A stretch of 64,000 bases of DNA from contig JBHGNT010000022.1 of assembly GCA_043228905.1 (NCBI GenBank), positions 3,162,001 through 3,226,000 on the forward strand. Reading direction: 5' to 3'. Positions 25,233-40,716 of the stretch are shown piece after piece; positions within the stretch are counted from its first letter, which is position 1, and every line of letters begins with the position of its first letter. The DNA comes from Azolla caroliniana. Lineage: Eukaryota > Plantae > Polypodiophyta. A program made the translations under genes and the position numbers. Under the pieces are notes generated by a model. That model did not search any database, was not told the origin of the DNA, and was given only the letters and a program-made list of their open reading frames with translations.

Positions 25233-28200
25233 ACGGGTTGATTAGGGAACACGATAGGTGGATGAGGTGGTCGAGTTGGTCTAAGCCGCTAATTTAAGGT
25301 TCTAGTTCGAAAGGGCATGTGGTCAAATCCCACTCTCATCATCGATGTAAAGTGAACATGCTTCGTTTTGGCGACGAGTAGATTAGGCAACACGATAAAT
25401 GGATGAGGTGGCCAAGTTGGTCTAAGTTTAGAACCTCGATTAAGGTTCTAGTCCGAAATTGTGTGGGTTCAAATCGCACTGTCATCATCAGTGTAAAATG
25501 AAAATGCTTCGTTTTGGCGACGGGTTGATTATGTAACACGATAAGTGGATGAAGTGGATGAGGTTGTCAAAGCCGATAGATTAAGCTTCTAGTCCCAAAG
25601 GGCATGGGTTCAAATCATTATCGATGTAAAATGAACATGCGTTGTTCTAGTAACAGTTGATTAGGCAACACGATAAGTGCATAAGGTGGTCGTGTTCGTC
25701 TAAGGCGCTAGATTAAGCTTCTATGCCGAAAGGGCGTGGGTTCAAATTCCACTCTCATCATTGGTGTAAAATGAACATCCTTCCTTTTGGCGACGGGTTG
25801 AGTAAGCAACACAATAAATGGATGACGTAGCTGAGGTTGTCAAAGTCGATAGATTAAGCTTCAAGTCCAAAAGGACATGGGTTCAAATCCCACTCTTATT
25901 ATCGATGTAAAATGAACATGCATTATTCTAGTAATGGTTGATTACGCAACACGATAAGCGGATGAGGTGACCGAGTTGGTTTAAGGCGCTAGATTAAGGT
26001 TCTAGTCCGAAAGGGCGTGGGTTCAAATCCCACTCTCATCATCGGTGTAGAATGAACACGCTTCGTTTTGGCGACGGATTGATTAGGCATCACGCTAAGT
26101 GGATGAGGTGGCCAAGGTTATCAAAGGCAATAGATTACGCTTCTAGTCTGAAAGGGCATGGGTTCAAATCCCAATCTTATCATCAATGTAAAATGAACAT
26201 ACCTCGTTTTGGTGATAGGGGTATTACGCAACACGGTAAGAAGTTGAGGTGGCTCAGTTGGTGTAAGCCGCTAGTAAAAAAGGGTGTGGGTTGAAATCCC
26301 ATTGTTATACCTAATGTAAAGTGAACATCCGTCGTTATAGGGACGATTGATTAGAAAACACAATTAGTGGATGAGGCGCTAGATTAAGGTTCTAGTCTGA
26401 AGGTGCGTGGGTTCAAATCCCCCTCTCATCATCGATGTATAATAAGGATACATTGTTTTGGTGACGGGTTAATTAGGCAACACGATATATGGATGACGTG
26501 GCCGAGTTGGTCTAAGGTGCTAGATTAAGGTTCTAGTCCGAAAGGACATGTGTTCAAATCCCACTCTCATCATCGATGTAAAGTGAACATGCTTCGTTTT
26601 GGCGATGAGTTGATTAGGTAAGTGGATGAGGTGGTTGATTGGGTCTAAGGTTAGAACCTAGATTAAGGTTCTAGTCCGAAAGGGCGTGGGTTCAAATTCC
26701 ACTCTCATCATCGATGTATAATAAGGATACATCGTTTTGGCGATGAGTTAATTTGGCAACACAATATATGGATGAGGTGGCCGAGTTGGTCTAAGGTGCT
26801 TGATTAAGGTTCTAGACGGAAAGGACATGTGATCAAATCCCACTCTCATCATCGATGTAAAGTGAATATGCTTCGTTTTGGCGACGAGTTGATTAGGTAC
26901 CATGATAAGTGGATGCAGTGGCCGAGTTGGTCTAAGGTTAGAACCTAGATTAAGGTTCTAGTTCAAAAGGGCGTGGGTTTAAATCCCACTATCATGATTG
27001 GTGTAAAATGAACATGCTTCGTTTTCGTGACGGGTTGATTAGGCAACACGATAAGTGGATGAGGTGGCCGAGTTGTTTTAAGGTCCTAGATTAAGGTGCT
27101 AGTCCGAAAGGGCGTGTGTTCAAATCACACTCTCATCATTGATGTAAAATGAACATGTGTCGTTCTAGTGACAGTTGATTAGGCAACATGATAAGTGGAT
27201 TAGGTGGCCGAGTTGGTCTAACGCGCTAGATTAAGGTTCTAGTCCGAAAGGGGGTGGGTTCAAATCCCACTCTCCTCATCGGTGTAAAATGAACATGCTT
27301 CGTTTTGGCGATGGGTTGATTAGGCAAGACACTAAGTGGATGAGGTGGCCGAGGTTGTCAAAGGGAATAGTTTAAGCTTATAGTCCGAAAGGGCATGGGT
27401 TCAAATGCCACTCTTATCATTGAAGTAAAATGAACATGCGTCGTTTTGGTGATGGGGGTATTAGGTAACAGGGTAAGAGCCTAAAGTGGCTCAGTTGGTG
27501 TAAGGGGCTAGATTAAGTATGTACTAAAAAAGGTCATGGGTTGAAATCCCACTGTCATAATTGATGTAAAATGAACTATTGTTTTAGGGACGGTTGATTA
27601 GGCAACACGATAAGTGGATGATGTGGCCGAGTGGGTCTAAGGTGCTAGCTAGATTAAGGTTCTAGTCGTAAAGGGCGTCGGTTCAAATCCCACTCTCATC
27701 ATCGATGTATAATAAGGATACATTGTTTTGGTGATGAGTTAATTAGGCCACACAATATATGGATGAGGTGGCCGAGTTGGTCTAAGGCGCTAGATTAAGG
27801 TTCTAGTCCGAAAGGACAGGTGGTCAAATCCCCCTCTCATCATCGATGTAAAGTGAACATGCTTTGTTTTGGCGCTGAATTGATTAGGCAACATGATAAG
27901 TGGATGAGGTGGCCGAGTTGGTCTATGGCTAGAACCTAGATTAAGGTTTTAGTCCGAAAATGCATGGGTTCAAATTCCACTCTTATCATTAGTGTAAAAT
28001 GAACATGCTTCGTTTTCACGATGGTTTGATTTTGTTGATGAGGTGGGCGAGTTGTTTTAAGGTGCTAAATTAAGGTTTTAGTCCGAAAGGGCTCGGTTCA
28101 AATCCCACACTCATCATCCAATGAAGACGAACATGCTTCGTTTTGGCGTCGAGTTGATTAGGCAACACGAGAAGTGAATGAGGTTGTCTACCTTGCTAGA

Positions 28201-29215
28201 TTAAGGTTCTGCTCCAGGAGGGCATGGATTCAAATCCCACTCTCATCATCCATATAAAACGAAGATGTTTCATTTTGGCGATGAGTTGATGAGGCAACAC
28301 AATAAGTGGATGAGGTGGCCGAATTGTTCTAAGGCGCTAGATTAATATTCTAGTACGAAATGGCGTGGGTTCAAATCCCACTGTCATCATCGATGTAAAA
28401 TGACCATGTTTCATTTTGACGACGAGTTGATTAGGCAACACAATAAGTGGATTAGGTGGCCGATTTTTTCTAAGGCGCTAAATTCAGGTTCGAGCCCGGA
28501 AGGGAGTGGGTTCAAAACCCACAGTCATCATCGATGTAAAACGAGCATTTTTTGTTTTAGCGATGAGTTGATTAGGAAACGTGATAAGTGGATGGGGTGG
28601 CTGAGTTGGTCAAAGGTGCTACATTAACCTTCTAGTCCGAAAGGGCATCTGTTCAAATCCCACTCTCATTATCGATATAAAATGAACAAGCTTTGTTTTG
28701 GCGACGAGTTGATTAGGTAACACGATAAGTGCATGAGGCCTAGTTGGTTGAAGGTGGTAGATTAAGCTTTGGGGCTGGGTTTAAATCCCATTCTCATCAT
28801 CGATGTAAAAGGAACATGCTTTGTTTTGGCAACGAGTTGATTTGGCAACATGAGAAGTGAATCATGTTGTCTCAGGCCCTTGATTAAGGTTCTAGTACGA
28901 AAGGGCGTGGATTAAAATCCCACTCTCATCATCGATGTAAAAATGAACATGCTTTGTTTTGGGGATGACTTGATTAGGGAACACGATAATTTGATGAGGT
29001 GGTTGAGTTGGTCTAAGGCTCTAGATTAAGGTTCTAGTCTGAAAGGGTGTGGGTTCAAATTGCAGTCTCATCATCTATATAAAATGAATATGCTTGTTTT
29101 TGAGGACGAGTTGATTAGGTAACATGATAAGTGGTTGAGGTGGCCGAGGTGGTCTCAGTCACTAGATTAAAGTCCTAGTTGAAATGGGTTTGGGTTCAAA
29201 TCCCACTGTCATCAT
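25233..29215 (+). repeat. tRNA-Leu tandem array block B (~28 monomers)
   Basis: Same 141-bp monomer as block A. Confidence 0.95.
25961..26041 (+). tRNA. tRNA-Leu(AAG), near-intact copy (G10A in the D stem)
   Basis: Full-length cloverleaf with two substitutions versus the consensus. Confidence 0.45.
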
Positions 29216-29855
29216 TGATGTGGAATACGCGGATTAATCTCTGGCCACAACCGAAGCGTAGATCACTTGATGACAATCAAAACACAGACGAAATGGTAAT
29301 GGAGGTAAGTACACAAAACAGAAAGAGAATACACAGGATATTAGCGTGGAAAACTTTGAGAGGGAAAAACCACGGGAGTCCACAGACTCCAAACTATCAC
29401 TCTGTAAAGTAATACAACAGGGAGCACAAAGGCAACGACCTCTTGCTCACAATCTTCGCCTAGCGGCGGTTACAACAGAGACTAAATCTCTATATTTCGC
29501 TCTCTCTCTCTCTCTCTTACGCACTGTACAGAAGTTACACCAATAACTCTATCATAATAACTATTAAGTTTGCCCTAGGTCATATTTACAAATATAGCCC
29601 TAGTGGGCTCTCTGGAACATATTTACATATATGTCCCTTCCATCCGATAAGAGGTTCTCACTGGGCCTGCAACATCTGGTTCTCACTGGGTCTTCCTTGT
29701 CAGGTACTCGTCATCCGGTTCTCAATGGGTCTTCCGTTGCCGGGTACTGCACATCCGGTTCTCACCGAGTCTTCTGTTGCCGGGTACTCTACATACGGAT
29801 TGCTCATCAACACTATTCTTCTCACTTCCCATCCAGAGGAACTTGTTTCCTAACA
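29216..29855. mobile_element. Solo LTR (640 bp)
   Basis: TG...CA ends. 5-bp TSD ATCAT/ATTAT; the uninterrupted sister monomer near 58420 reads CTGTCATTATTGATG. Internal CATCCGGTTCTCA subrepeats. Confidence 0.8.
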
Positions 29856-32800
29856 ATTATTGATGTAAAACGAGCATGTTTCATTTTGGTGAAGAGATGA
29901 TTAGGCAACACGATAAGCAGATCAGGTGGCCGAGTTGGTGTAATCCCACTCTCATCATCGATGTAAAATGAAAAAGCTTCATTTTGGGGATGACTTGATT
30001 ATGCAACACGATACTTGGATGAGATGGTCTAGTTAGTCTAAGGCGCTCGATTAAGGTTCTAGTCCGAAAGGGTGTGGGTTCAAATCGCACTGTCATCATC
30101 GATATAAAATGAATATGCTTGTTTTGGCAACTAGTTGAATAAGCGGATGTGGTGGCCGAGTTGTTCTAAAGTGCTAGATTAGGGCTCGTGTTCATTTCCC
30201 ACTCTGCTCGTTTTGGCGAGGAGTTGATTAGACAACGGGATAGGTGGTCGAGATTTGGCGACGAGTTGTAAAATGAAGAAACTTCGTTTTGGCGATGAGT
30301 TGATTAGGCAACACGATATGTGGATGAGGAGGTGGAGGTGGTCTTAGGCGCTAGATTAAGGTTCTAGTCCAAAAGGGTACGGTTCAAATCCCACTGTAAT
30401 CATCGATGTAAGATGAACATGCTTTGTTTTGGAGACGAGTTGATTAGGTAACACGAGAAGTGGATGAGTTTGTCTAAGGTGCTCGATTAAGGTTCTTCTC
30501 CAAGAGGGCATGTGTTCAAATCTCAGTCTCATCATCGATGTAAACCAAAGATGTTTCATTTTTGCGATGAGTTGATGAGGCAACACGATAAGTGGATGAG
30601 GTGGCCGAGTTGTTCTAAGGTGCTAGAAGGTTCTAGTCTGAATGGGCGGGGATTCAAATCTCATTATCGATGAAAAATGAACAAGCTTTGTTTTGGCGAC
30701 GAGTTGATTAGGGAACATGATAAGTGGATGAGGTTGTCGGGTTTCTCTAAGGCGGTAGATTAAGGTTCTAGTTCAAAAGGGCGTAGGTTCACATCCCACT
30801 CTCATCATCAATGTAAAAATAATTTTTTTTCGTTTTGTCAATGAGTTGTAAAATGAACAAGTTTCGTTTTGGTGACAAATTGATTAGGCACCACGATAAG
30901 TTGATGAGTTGGCGGAGTTGGTCTAAGGCGCTACATTAAGGTTCTAGTCCAAAATGGTTGTGTTCAAATACCACTCTCATCATCGATGTAAGATGACAAT
31001 GCTTCGTTTTGGCAACGAGTTGACTAGGCAACATGACATGTGGATGAGGTTATCTAAGGTGCTATATTAAGGCTCTACTGTAGGAGGGCATGGGTTCAAA
31101 TCCAACTCTCATCATCCATGTAAAACGAAGATGTTTCGTTTTGGCGATGAGTTGATGACGCAACACAATAAGTGGATGAGGTGGCCCAGTCGTTCTAAAG
31201 CGCTAGATTAACATTCTAGTACGAAATGGCGTGGGTTCAAATCCCACTGTCATAATCGATGTAAAATGACCATGTTTTATTTTGGCGACGAGTTGATAAG
31301 AAAACACCATAAGTGGATGAGGTGGTCGATTTGTTCTAAGGCGCTAGATTCAGGTTCTAGTCCGGAAGGGCAGGGTTTCAAAACCCATAGTCATCATCGA
31401 TGTAAAACGAGCATGTTTTGTTTTGGTGATGAGTTGATTAGGCAACACGATAAGTAGATGAGGTGGGTGAGTTGGTTGAAGACACTAAATTAACGTTCTA
31501 GTTCGAAAGGGCGTGGGTTCAAATCACAATGTAATTATCGAAAGGGCGTGGGTTTATTAGGCAACACGATAAGTGCATGACATGGCCGAGTTGGTGTAAG
31601 GTGGTAGAATAAGGTTCGGGGTTGGGTTCAAATCCCACTCTCATCATCAATGTAAAATGAAGATGCTTCATTTTGGGGACGATTTGATTAGGAAACATGA
31701 GAAGTGGATGAGGTTGTCTAAAGCGCTAGTAAGAAAGGGCGTGGATTCAACTCCCACTCTCATCATCGATGTAAAATGAACATGCTTCATTTTGGGGAAA
31801 ACTTGATTAGGCAACACGATACTTGGATGAGATGGCCTAGTTAGTCTAAGGCGCTCGATTAAGGTTCTAGTCCGAAAGGGTGTGGGTTCAAGTCGCACTG
31901 TCATCATCGATATAAAATGAATATGCTTGTTTTTGGGGACGAGTTGATTAGGCAACATGATAAGTGGTTGAGGTGGTCTAAGGCGCTAGATTAAGGTTCT
32001 AGTCCAAATGGGCATGGGTTTAAATTCCACTCTCATCATTGATGTAAAATGAGCATGTTTCGTTTTGCCAACGAGTTGATTAGGCAACACAATAAACGGA
32101 TGAGGTGGCTGAGTTGGTCTAATCCCACTCTCATCATTGATGTAAAATGAACATGTTTCCTTCCAGAGACGATTTGATTACGCAACAAGATAATTTGATG
32201 AGGTGGTCGAGTTGGTCTAAGTTGCTAGATTAAGGTTCTAGTCCGATAGGGCGTGGTTTCAAATCCCACTCTCATCATTGATATAAAATAAATATGCTTG
32301 TTTTGGCAACTAGTTGATTACGCAACAAGATAAGTGGTTGAGGTGGTCTAAGGTGCTAGATTTAGGTTCTAGTCCGGAAGGGCGTGGGTTCAATTCCCAC
32401 TGTTTTGTTTAGCCAATGAATTGATTAGGCAACACAATAAGCGGATGAGGTGCCCGAGTTGTTATAAGGCACTAGATTAAGATTCTAGTCCGGAAGGGCT
32501 CATGTGCATTTCCCACTCTGCACATCGATATTAAATGAACATGCTTCATGTTAATGACAAGTTGATTACACAACAGACTAAGTGGATGAGGTGGCCAAGT
32601 TGGTCTAAGGTGGTAGATTAAGGTTCTAGTCTAAAAGGGCATGGGTTCAAATCCCACTCTCATCATCGATGTAACATGAACATGTTTTGTTTTGCCGATG
32701 AGTTGATTAGGAAATAGGGAAGTGGTTGAGGTGACCGAGGTGGTCTAATGCAGTAGGTTAAGGTTCTACTCCGAAAGAGCGTCGGTCCAAATCCCATTGT

Positions 32801-35800
32801 CATGATAGATGTGAAATGAACATGCTTCGTTTTGCGACGCGTTGATTAGGCAACATGATAAGTGGATGTCGTTCTCTACGACGCTAGATTAAGGTTCTAG
32901 TCCGAAATGGCGTGGGTTCAAATCCCACTCTCATCATCCATGTAAAATGAACATGCCTCATTTTGGCGAGGAGTTGATTAGGAATCACGAGAAGTGGATG
33001 ACTTGTCTAAGCGCTAGATTAAGGATCTAGTCCGAAAGGGAGTGGGTTCAAATTACACTCTAATCATCGATCTAAAATGAGCATGGTTCGTTTTGCGGAC
33101 GACTTGATTAGGAAACACGATATGTGGATGAGGCGCTAGATTAAGGTTCTAGTCTGAAAGAGTGTGGGTCCAAATCCCGCTCTCATCATCGATGTAAAAC
33201 GAACAAGCTTCGTTTTGGTTACGAGTGCTCATGATAAGGGACCATCAGAAGTGGATGATGTGGCTGAGTTGGTCTAAGCCCCTAGATTAAGGTTCTAGTT
33301 TGAAAGGGCATGGGTTCAAATCCCACTATCAACATCGATGTAAAATGAACATGCTTCGTTTTGGCTATGGGTTGAATTGGGAACAAGATAAGTGGATGAG
33401 GTGGCCTGAATTGGGAACAAGATGAGTTGGTCTAAGCCGCTTTTGTGATGTGGGTAAAATGAACATGTGTTTTGTTTCGTCGGCGATTTGATTAGGCAAG
33501 ATAAGTGGATGAGGTGTCCGAGTTGGTGTAAGGCAGTAGATTAAGGTTCTAGTTCGAAAGGTCGGGGGTTCAAATCCGCCTCTTATCATCGATGTAAAAT
33601 GAACATGCTTCATTTCGAGGATGAGTTGATTAGGAAATAGGAGAAGTGAATGAGGTTGTCTAAGGCGCTAAATTGAGGTTCTCGTACGAAAGGGCGTGGA
33701 TTAAAATCCCAGTATCATCATCGATGTAAAATGAATATGCTTCATTTTGGGGACAACTTGTGAGGTTGTCGAGTTGGTCTAAGGTGCTCGATTAAGGTTC
33801 TAGTCTAAAAGGGCGTGGGTTTAAATCGCAGTCTCATCATCGATATAAAATGAATATGCTTGTTTTGGTAACTTGTTGATTAGCCGGCTAAGTGGTTGAG
33901 GTGGCCGAAGTGGTCAAAGGCGCTAGATTAAGGTTCTAGTCCGAAAGGGTGTGGGTTCAATTCCCACAGTCATTATTGATGTAAAATGAGCATGTTTCGT
34001 TTTGGCAACGAATTGATTAGGCAACCGAATAAGCGGATGAGATGCCTGCGTTGTTCTAAGGCACTAGATTAAGGTTCTAGTTCGAAAGGGCTCGTGTGCA
34101 TTTCCCACTCTCGTCATCGATATTAAGTAAACATGCTTCGTTTTAGGGACGTGTTGATTAGGAAACACAATAAGTGGATGAGATGCCCGAGTTGGTCCAA
34201 GGTGTTAGATTAAGGTTCTAGTCCGAAAGAGTGTGGGTTCAAATCCCACTCTCATCATCGATGTAACATGAACATGTTTTGTTTTGTTGACGAGTTGATT
34301 AGGCAATAGGATAAGTGGTTGAGGTGGCCGAGGTGATCTAAGGCACTAGATTAAGGATTAAGGTTCTAGTTCGAAAGAGCGTTGGTTCAAATCCCATTGT
34401 CATGATAGATGTGAAATGAACATGCTTCGTTTTGGCTACGGTTGATTAGGCAACACGATAAGTGGATGACGTTGTCTACGGCACTACCTTAAGGTTCTAG
34501 TCCGAAACGGTGTGGGTTCAAATCCCACTCTCAACATAAATGTAAAATGAACATGGTTTGTTTTGTTGACAAGTTGATTAGGCAACACGATAAGAGGTTC
34601 TAGTTCGAAAGGGCATGGGTTCAAATCCCACTCTCATCATCGATGTAATAATAAACATGTTTCGTTTTGGTGAGGGGTTTATTAGGCGACACGATAAGTG
34701 GATGAGTTTTGGCGGCGACTTGTAAAATGAACTAGTGGCGTTTTAGCGACGGGTTGATTAGGCACCACGATAAGGCGCTAGATTAAGGTTCTAGTCCGAA
34801 AGGGCGTGGTTTCAAATCGCACACTCAAAATCGATGTATAATAAGCATGCATTGTTTAAGCGACGAGTTAATTAGGCAACACGATATATGGATAAGGTGG
34901 CCAAGTTGGTCAAATCCCACTCTCATCATCGATATTAAATGAACATGCTTCATTTTAAGGACGAGTTGAGTAGGCAACACGATAAGTGGATGAGGGGGCC
35001 GAATTGGTCTATGGTTAGAACCTCAATTATGGTTCTAGTTCGAAATTGCATTGGTTCAAATCACACTGTCATCATCGGTGTAAAATGAAAATGCTTCGTT
35101 TGTGTGATGGGTTGATAAGGCAACACGATAAGTGGATGAAGTGGTCGAGGTTGTCAAAGCCGATAGGTTAAGTTTCTAGTCTGAAAGGGCATGGGTTCAA
35201 ATCCCACTCTTATTATCGATGTAAAATGAACATGCGTCATACTAGTAATGGTTGATTCGGCAATATGATAGGTGGATGAGGTGGTTGAGTTGGTCTACGG
35301 TGCGAGATTAAGGTTCGTGTCCGAAAGGGCATGGTTTTAAATCCCACCCTCATCATCGGTGTAAAATTAACATGCTTCGTTTTGGCGACGGGTTAATTAG
35401 GCAACACACTAAGTGGATAAGGTGGCCGAGGTTGTCAAAGGAAATAGATTAAACTTCTAGTTTGGAAGGGCATGGGTTCAAATCCCACTGTTATCATCAA
35501 TGTAAAATGAACATACGTCGTTCTGGTGACGGGGGTAGTACACAACACGGTAAGACGTTGAGGTGGCTCAGTTGGTGTAAGCCGCTAGATTAAGGTTCTA
35601 GTAAAAAAGGGTGTTATAACTTATGTAAAATGAATAAACGTCGTTGTAGGGATGCTTGATTAGGAAACACGATTAGTGGATGAGGTGGCCTACTTGGTCT
35701 AAGGCGCTAGATTAAGGTTCTAGTCCGAAGGTGCATGGAATCAAATCCCACCCTCATCATCGATGTATAATAAGGATACATCGTTTTGGCGACGAGTTAA

Positions 35801-37867
35801 TTAGGCAACACGATATATGGAGGACGTGGCCGAGTTGGTCTAAGGTGCTAGATTAAGGTTCTAACCCAAAAGGACACGTGGTCAAATCCCACTTTCATCA
35901 TCGATGTAAAGTGAACATGCTTCGTTTTGGCAACGAGCTGATAAGGCAACATGATAAGTGGATGAGGTGGCGGAGTTAGTCTAAGGTTAGAACCTAGATT
36001 AAGCTTCTAGTTCGAAAACGCATGGGTTCAAATCCCACTCTCATCATCGGTGTAAAATGAACATGCTTCGTTTTGGCGACGGGTTGATTAAGCAACACGC
36101 TAAGTTAATGAGGTGGCTGAGTTGTTCTAAGGTTCTAGATTAAGGTTCTAGTTCGGAAGGGCGCGTGTTCAAATCCCACTCTCATCATCGATGTAAAATG
36201 AACATGTGTCGTGCTAGTGATGGTTGACTAGGCAACACGATAACTGGATGAGGTGGCCGAGTTGGTCTAAGGCGCTAGATTAAGGTTCTAGTCCGAAAGG
36301 GTGTGGGTTCAAATCCCACTCTCATCATCGGTGTAGAATGAACATGCTTTGTTTTGGCGACGGATTGATTAGGCAACACGCTAAGTGGATGAGGTGGCCG
36401 AGGTTGTCAAAGCCAATAGATTACGCTTCTAGTCTGAAAGGGCATGGGTTCAAATCCCACTCTTATCATCAATGTAAAATGAACATACATCGTTTTGGTG
36501 ATAGGGGTATTACGCAACACGGTAAGCAGTTGAGGTGGCTCAGTTGGTGTAAGGCGCGAGATTAAGGTTCTAGTACAAAAGGGTGTGGCGTTGAAATCCC
36601 ACTGTTATAACTGATGTAAAATGAACATCCATCGTTATAGGGACGATTGATTAGGAAACACGATTAGTGGATGAGGTGGCCTGCTTTGTCTAAGGCGCTA
36701 GATTAAGGTTCTAGTCCAAAGGTGCGTGGGTTCAAATCCCACTCTCATTATCGATGTATAATAAGGATACATCGTTTTGGCAACGAGTTAATTAGGCAAC
36801 ACGATATATGGATGACGTGGCCGAGTTGGTCTAAGGTGCTAGATTAAGGTTCTAGTACGAAAGGATATGTGGTCAAATCCCACTCTCATCATCGATGTAA
36901 AGGGAACATGCTTCATTTTGTTGATGAGTTGATTAGGCAACATGATATGTGGATGAGGTGGCTGAGTTGGTTTAAGGTTAGAACCTAAATTAAGAGTTGG
37001 TTTAAGGTTAGAACCTAAATTAAGATTCTAGTCCGGAAACGCGTGGGTTCAAATCCCACTCTCATCATCGGTGTAAAATGAACAAACTTCGTTTTGGCGA
37101 CGGGTTGATTAGCCAACACGATAAGTGCATGAGGTGGCCGAGTTGTTCTAAGGTTCTAGATTAAGGTTCTAGTCCGAAAGGGTGTGTGTTCAAATCCCAT
37201 TCTCATCATCGATGTAAGATGAACATGATTCGTTTTGGGGACGAGTTGATTAGGCAACACGAGAAGTGAATGAGGATGTCTAAGCTGCTAGATTAAAGTT
37301 CTGTTGCAGGAGGGCATTGGTTCAAATCCCATTGTCATCATCCATGTAAAACGAAGATGTTTCATTTTGACGATGAGTTGATGAGACAACACAATAAGTG
37401 GATGAGGTGGCCGAGTTGTTCTATGGCACTAGATTAATATTCTAGAACGAAATGGCGTGTGTTAAAATCCCACTGTCATCATCGATGTAAAATGACCATG
37501 TTTCATTTTGGCAATGAGTTAATTAGGCAACACGATATATGGATGACGTGGCCGAGTTGGTCTAAGGTGCTAGATTAAGGTTCTAGCCCGAAAGGACATC
37601 GGGTCAAATCCCACTCTCATGATCGATGTAAAGTGAACATGCTTCGTTTTGGCGACGAGTTGATTAGGCAACATGATAAGTGGATGCGGTGGATGAGTTG
37701 GTCTAAGGTTAGAACCTAGATTAAGGTTCTAGTTCGAAAACGCATGGGTTCAAATCCCAGTCTCATCATCGGTGTAAAATGAACATGCTTCGTTTTGGCG
37801 ACGGGTTGATTAAGCAACAGAATAAGTGGATGAGGTGGGCGAGTTGTTCTAAGGTGCTAGATTAAGG
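29856..37867 (+). repeat. tRNA-Leu tandem array block C (~58 monomers)
   Basis: Same monomer; ends at the TSD GATTAAGG. Confidence 0.95.
36247..36327 (+). tRNA. tRNA-Leu(AAG), intact copy
   Basis: All stems pair; one C>T at the end of the variable region versus the consensus. Confidence 0.75.
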
Positions 37868-38109
37868 CTCGGGGGCTTCACTATGAAAACTTGTATGATA
37901 GCATGTGAGTTCATCAAAAGGGGTTTAAATTAACCATTGAGATATAGAATGTATATATATAAGGGTATTAACAAATGCATAAAAAATATATTTACATAAG
38001 GGTATTATCAATTATGCAATAGAAAAAAATTACATAAGCCCATCAAATATTAGATATTTCAATGAGATAATAAAGAATATATTGTACAAACAATAGTCAA
38101 ATTTGGAGT

Positions 38110-40505
38110 GGCATGCATACATACATACATACATACATATACATGCATATATGTACCTACATTTAAACATTACATCCATAAATATGTATATACATACATT
38201 ACACCCATTTATACATGCATACTGACTAAACATGAATATATATTATCATATGTAGATATGTACATACACATACATAAATACAAATATGTAAATGCATACA
38301 TGCATAAAAATTACATATTACATATCATATAATCCATTCATATTACACAATATACAAATTGACATACACATACATACACTACATTACATATATATATATA
38401 TTACATATGTACATACATATTCCACATATCGCAATATATATATATATAGGTTATATGGAACCATACAACCTACAATACTTACATACACACACACACACAC
38501 ACACACATCGGATATATGATTGCATCTTACGTACATATTGAAAATATAAATCCATATATGATCCATACACATACTAGACATGAAAATATCCCAAAAATAT
38601 ACATACATAAATACATTACATATATACACATACGTACATTATTATATTCATTCATAGATTGCTACACATATATACGTACATACATACACACACATCAGAT
38701 ATATGACTGCATATTACGTACATATTGAAAACATAAATCTATATACTATCCATACACATACTAGACATGAAAATATCCCAAAAATATACATACATAAATA
38801 CATTACATATATACACATATGTACATTCATACATGTGCATACATATATTCATTCATAGATTGCTACACATATATACCTACTTACATACACACACATCGGA
38901 TATATGACTGCATATTACGTACATATTGAAAACATAAATCCATATACGATCCATACACATTCTAGACATGAAAATATCCCAAAAATAATACATTACATAT
39001 ATACACATACGTACATTCATACATGTACATACATATCTTCATTCATAGATTGCTACACATATATGCGTACATATGCCTACAATGTTACATATACAAATTT
39101 TACAAACATACATGCATTACATATGTACATACATATCACCACATACACAAACATAGACACACACATGGTCAACACACTATAATAGTACATATATGCATAC
39201 ACATACATACATTAGATATAACCATACATATTATGCAGATATTATAAACACACATCCAGACACATTAAATCATGTGCATTGACACATGCATATATGCATC
39301 CAGGTACATACATACATATTCCACATATCACTATATATATAGGTCATACAGGGTCATAAAAGTTACAATACTTTCATATACACACATATTAGATATATGT
39401 ATGCTTACACATACATTGGATATATGCATGCATATTATGTGATATTGCAAACATACATCCATATATGAGCCATAAACATACTAAACACGATAAATACACC
39501 GAAAATATACATACATAAATACATTACATATTACATGTATACACATATATGCATTCGTACATGGACATACATATATTCATTCATACACTGCTACACGTGT
39601 ATAGGTACCCATGCCGACAATGATACTTGTATAAATGTTACCAACTTACATCCATACATGTACATACATACGATACAATATGTACATACATACACACATA
39701 CATACGTGCATATGTGTATATATGTATGTGGTGTGTGTTGTATGTGTGTATGTATATATTATATTGTATGCATGAATAGACACACATAACACATACACAC
39801 GTGCCATACATACGATACATACAAATGGACATGTAAAGAATATATATACACACACATGCCATACATATATACACATGCAATACAATACATACATGCATAT
39901 TTACATCGATACATACACACAACACATACATATATATACATAGTCACATGCCATACATAAAACACAATACAATATGTATGTCATACATACACGTGCACAC
40001 ATGCCATACATACACTGCATATATACAATAATGCAAAAACAAAATGATACAATGCAATACAACATGTACATACATACATATACGTATCAATACATACACG
40101 CAACATATACATACATAAACATCCATATACGCATCAATACATACACACAACACATATATATGCATGCAATACAATACATATGCACATATATAGAATATAC
40201 ACATACATGCTATACATATAATACATACAATATAAAACATATACATACATACACACATGCAATACAATGCACATACATAGAACATACAATACATATGCAC
40301 ATACATAGAACATACGCATAAGCATATAACACATACCCTACATACTCACATGCCATACACACAATACATACAATATAATGTGTAATACACTCATATGCCA
40401 TACATACAATATATACAATACAATATTGTATATACAATAAAATTATACAATATGTACCTACATACATACACACAACACATGCACATATATACAACATACA
40501 CACAC
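38110..40505. repeat. (CA/TA)-rich low-complexity tract, including three ~190-bp tandem units near 38500-39070
   Basis: ACAT/ATAC microsatellite mosaic; repeated CATGAAAATATCCCAAAA. Confidence 0.9.
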
Positions 40506-40716
40506 TATTTTTAAAACACTAATATTTTGAAAAAATGGGGAAGAAAGGGGGGGAGATTAGATAGATATGTGTTGTTAGCAAAAAGTGGGGGGGAAAAGAA
40601 GAAAGGGGGGGGAGAGAGAGAGAGAGAGAGAGAGATTCATCTTTGTTAACTGTTGAATCTCTTCCTTTTTCTCACAGGAGGAACGAGATAGAGAGAGACA
40701 AGGTTTACTTGTATCT

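Noticed and set aside
38030-40503. Many His/Thr/Tyr/Cys-rich ORFs
   Set aside because: Artefacts of the CA/TA microsatellite tract.
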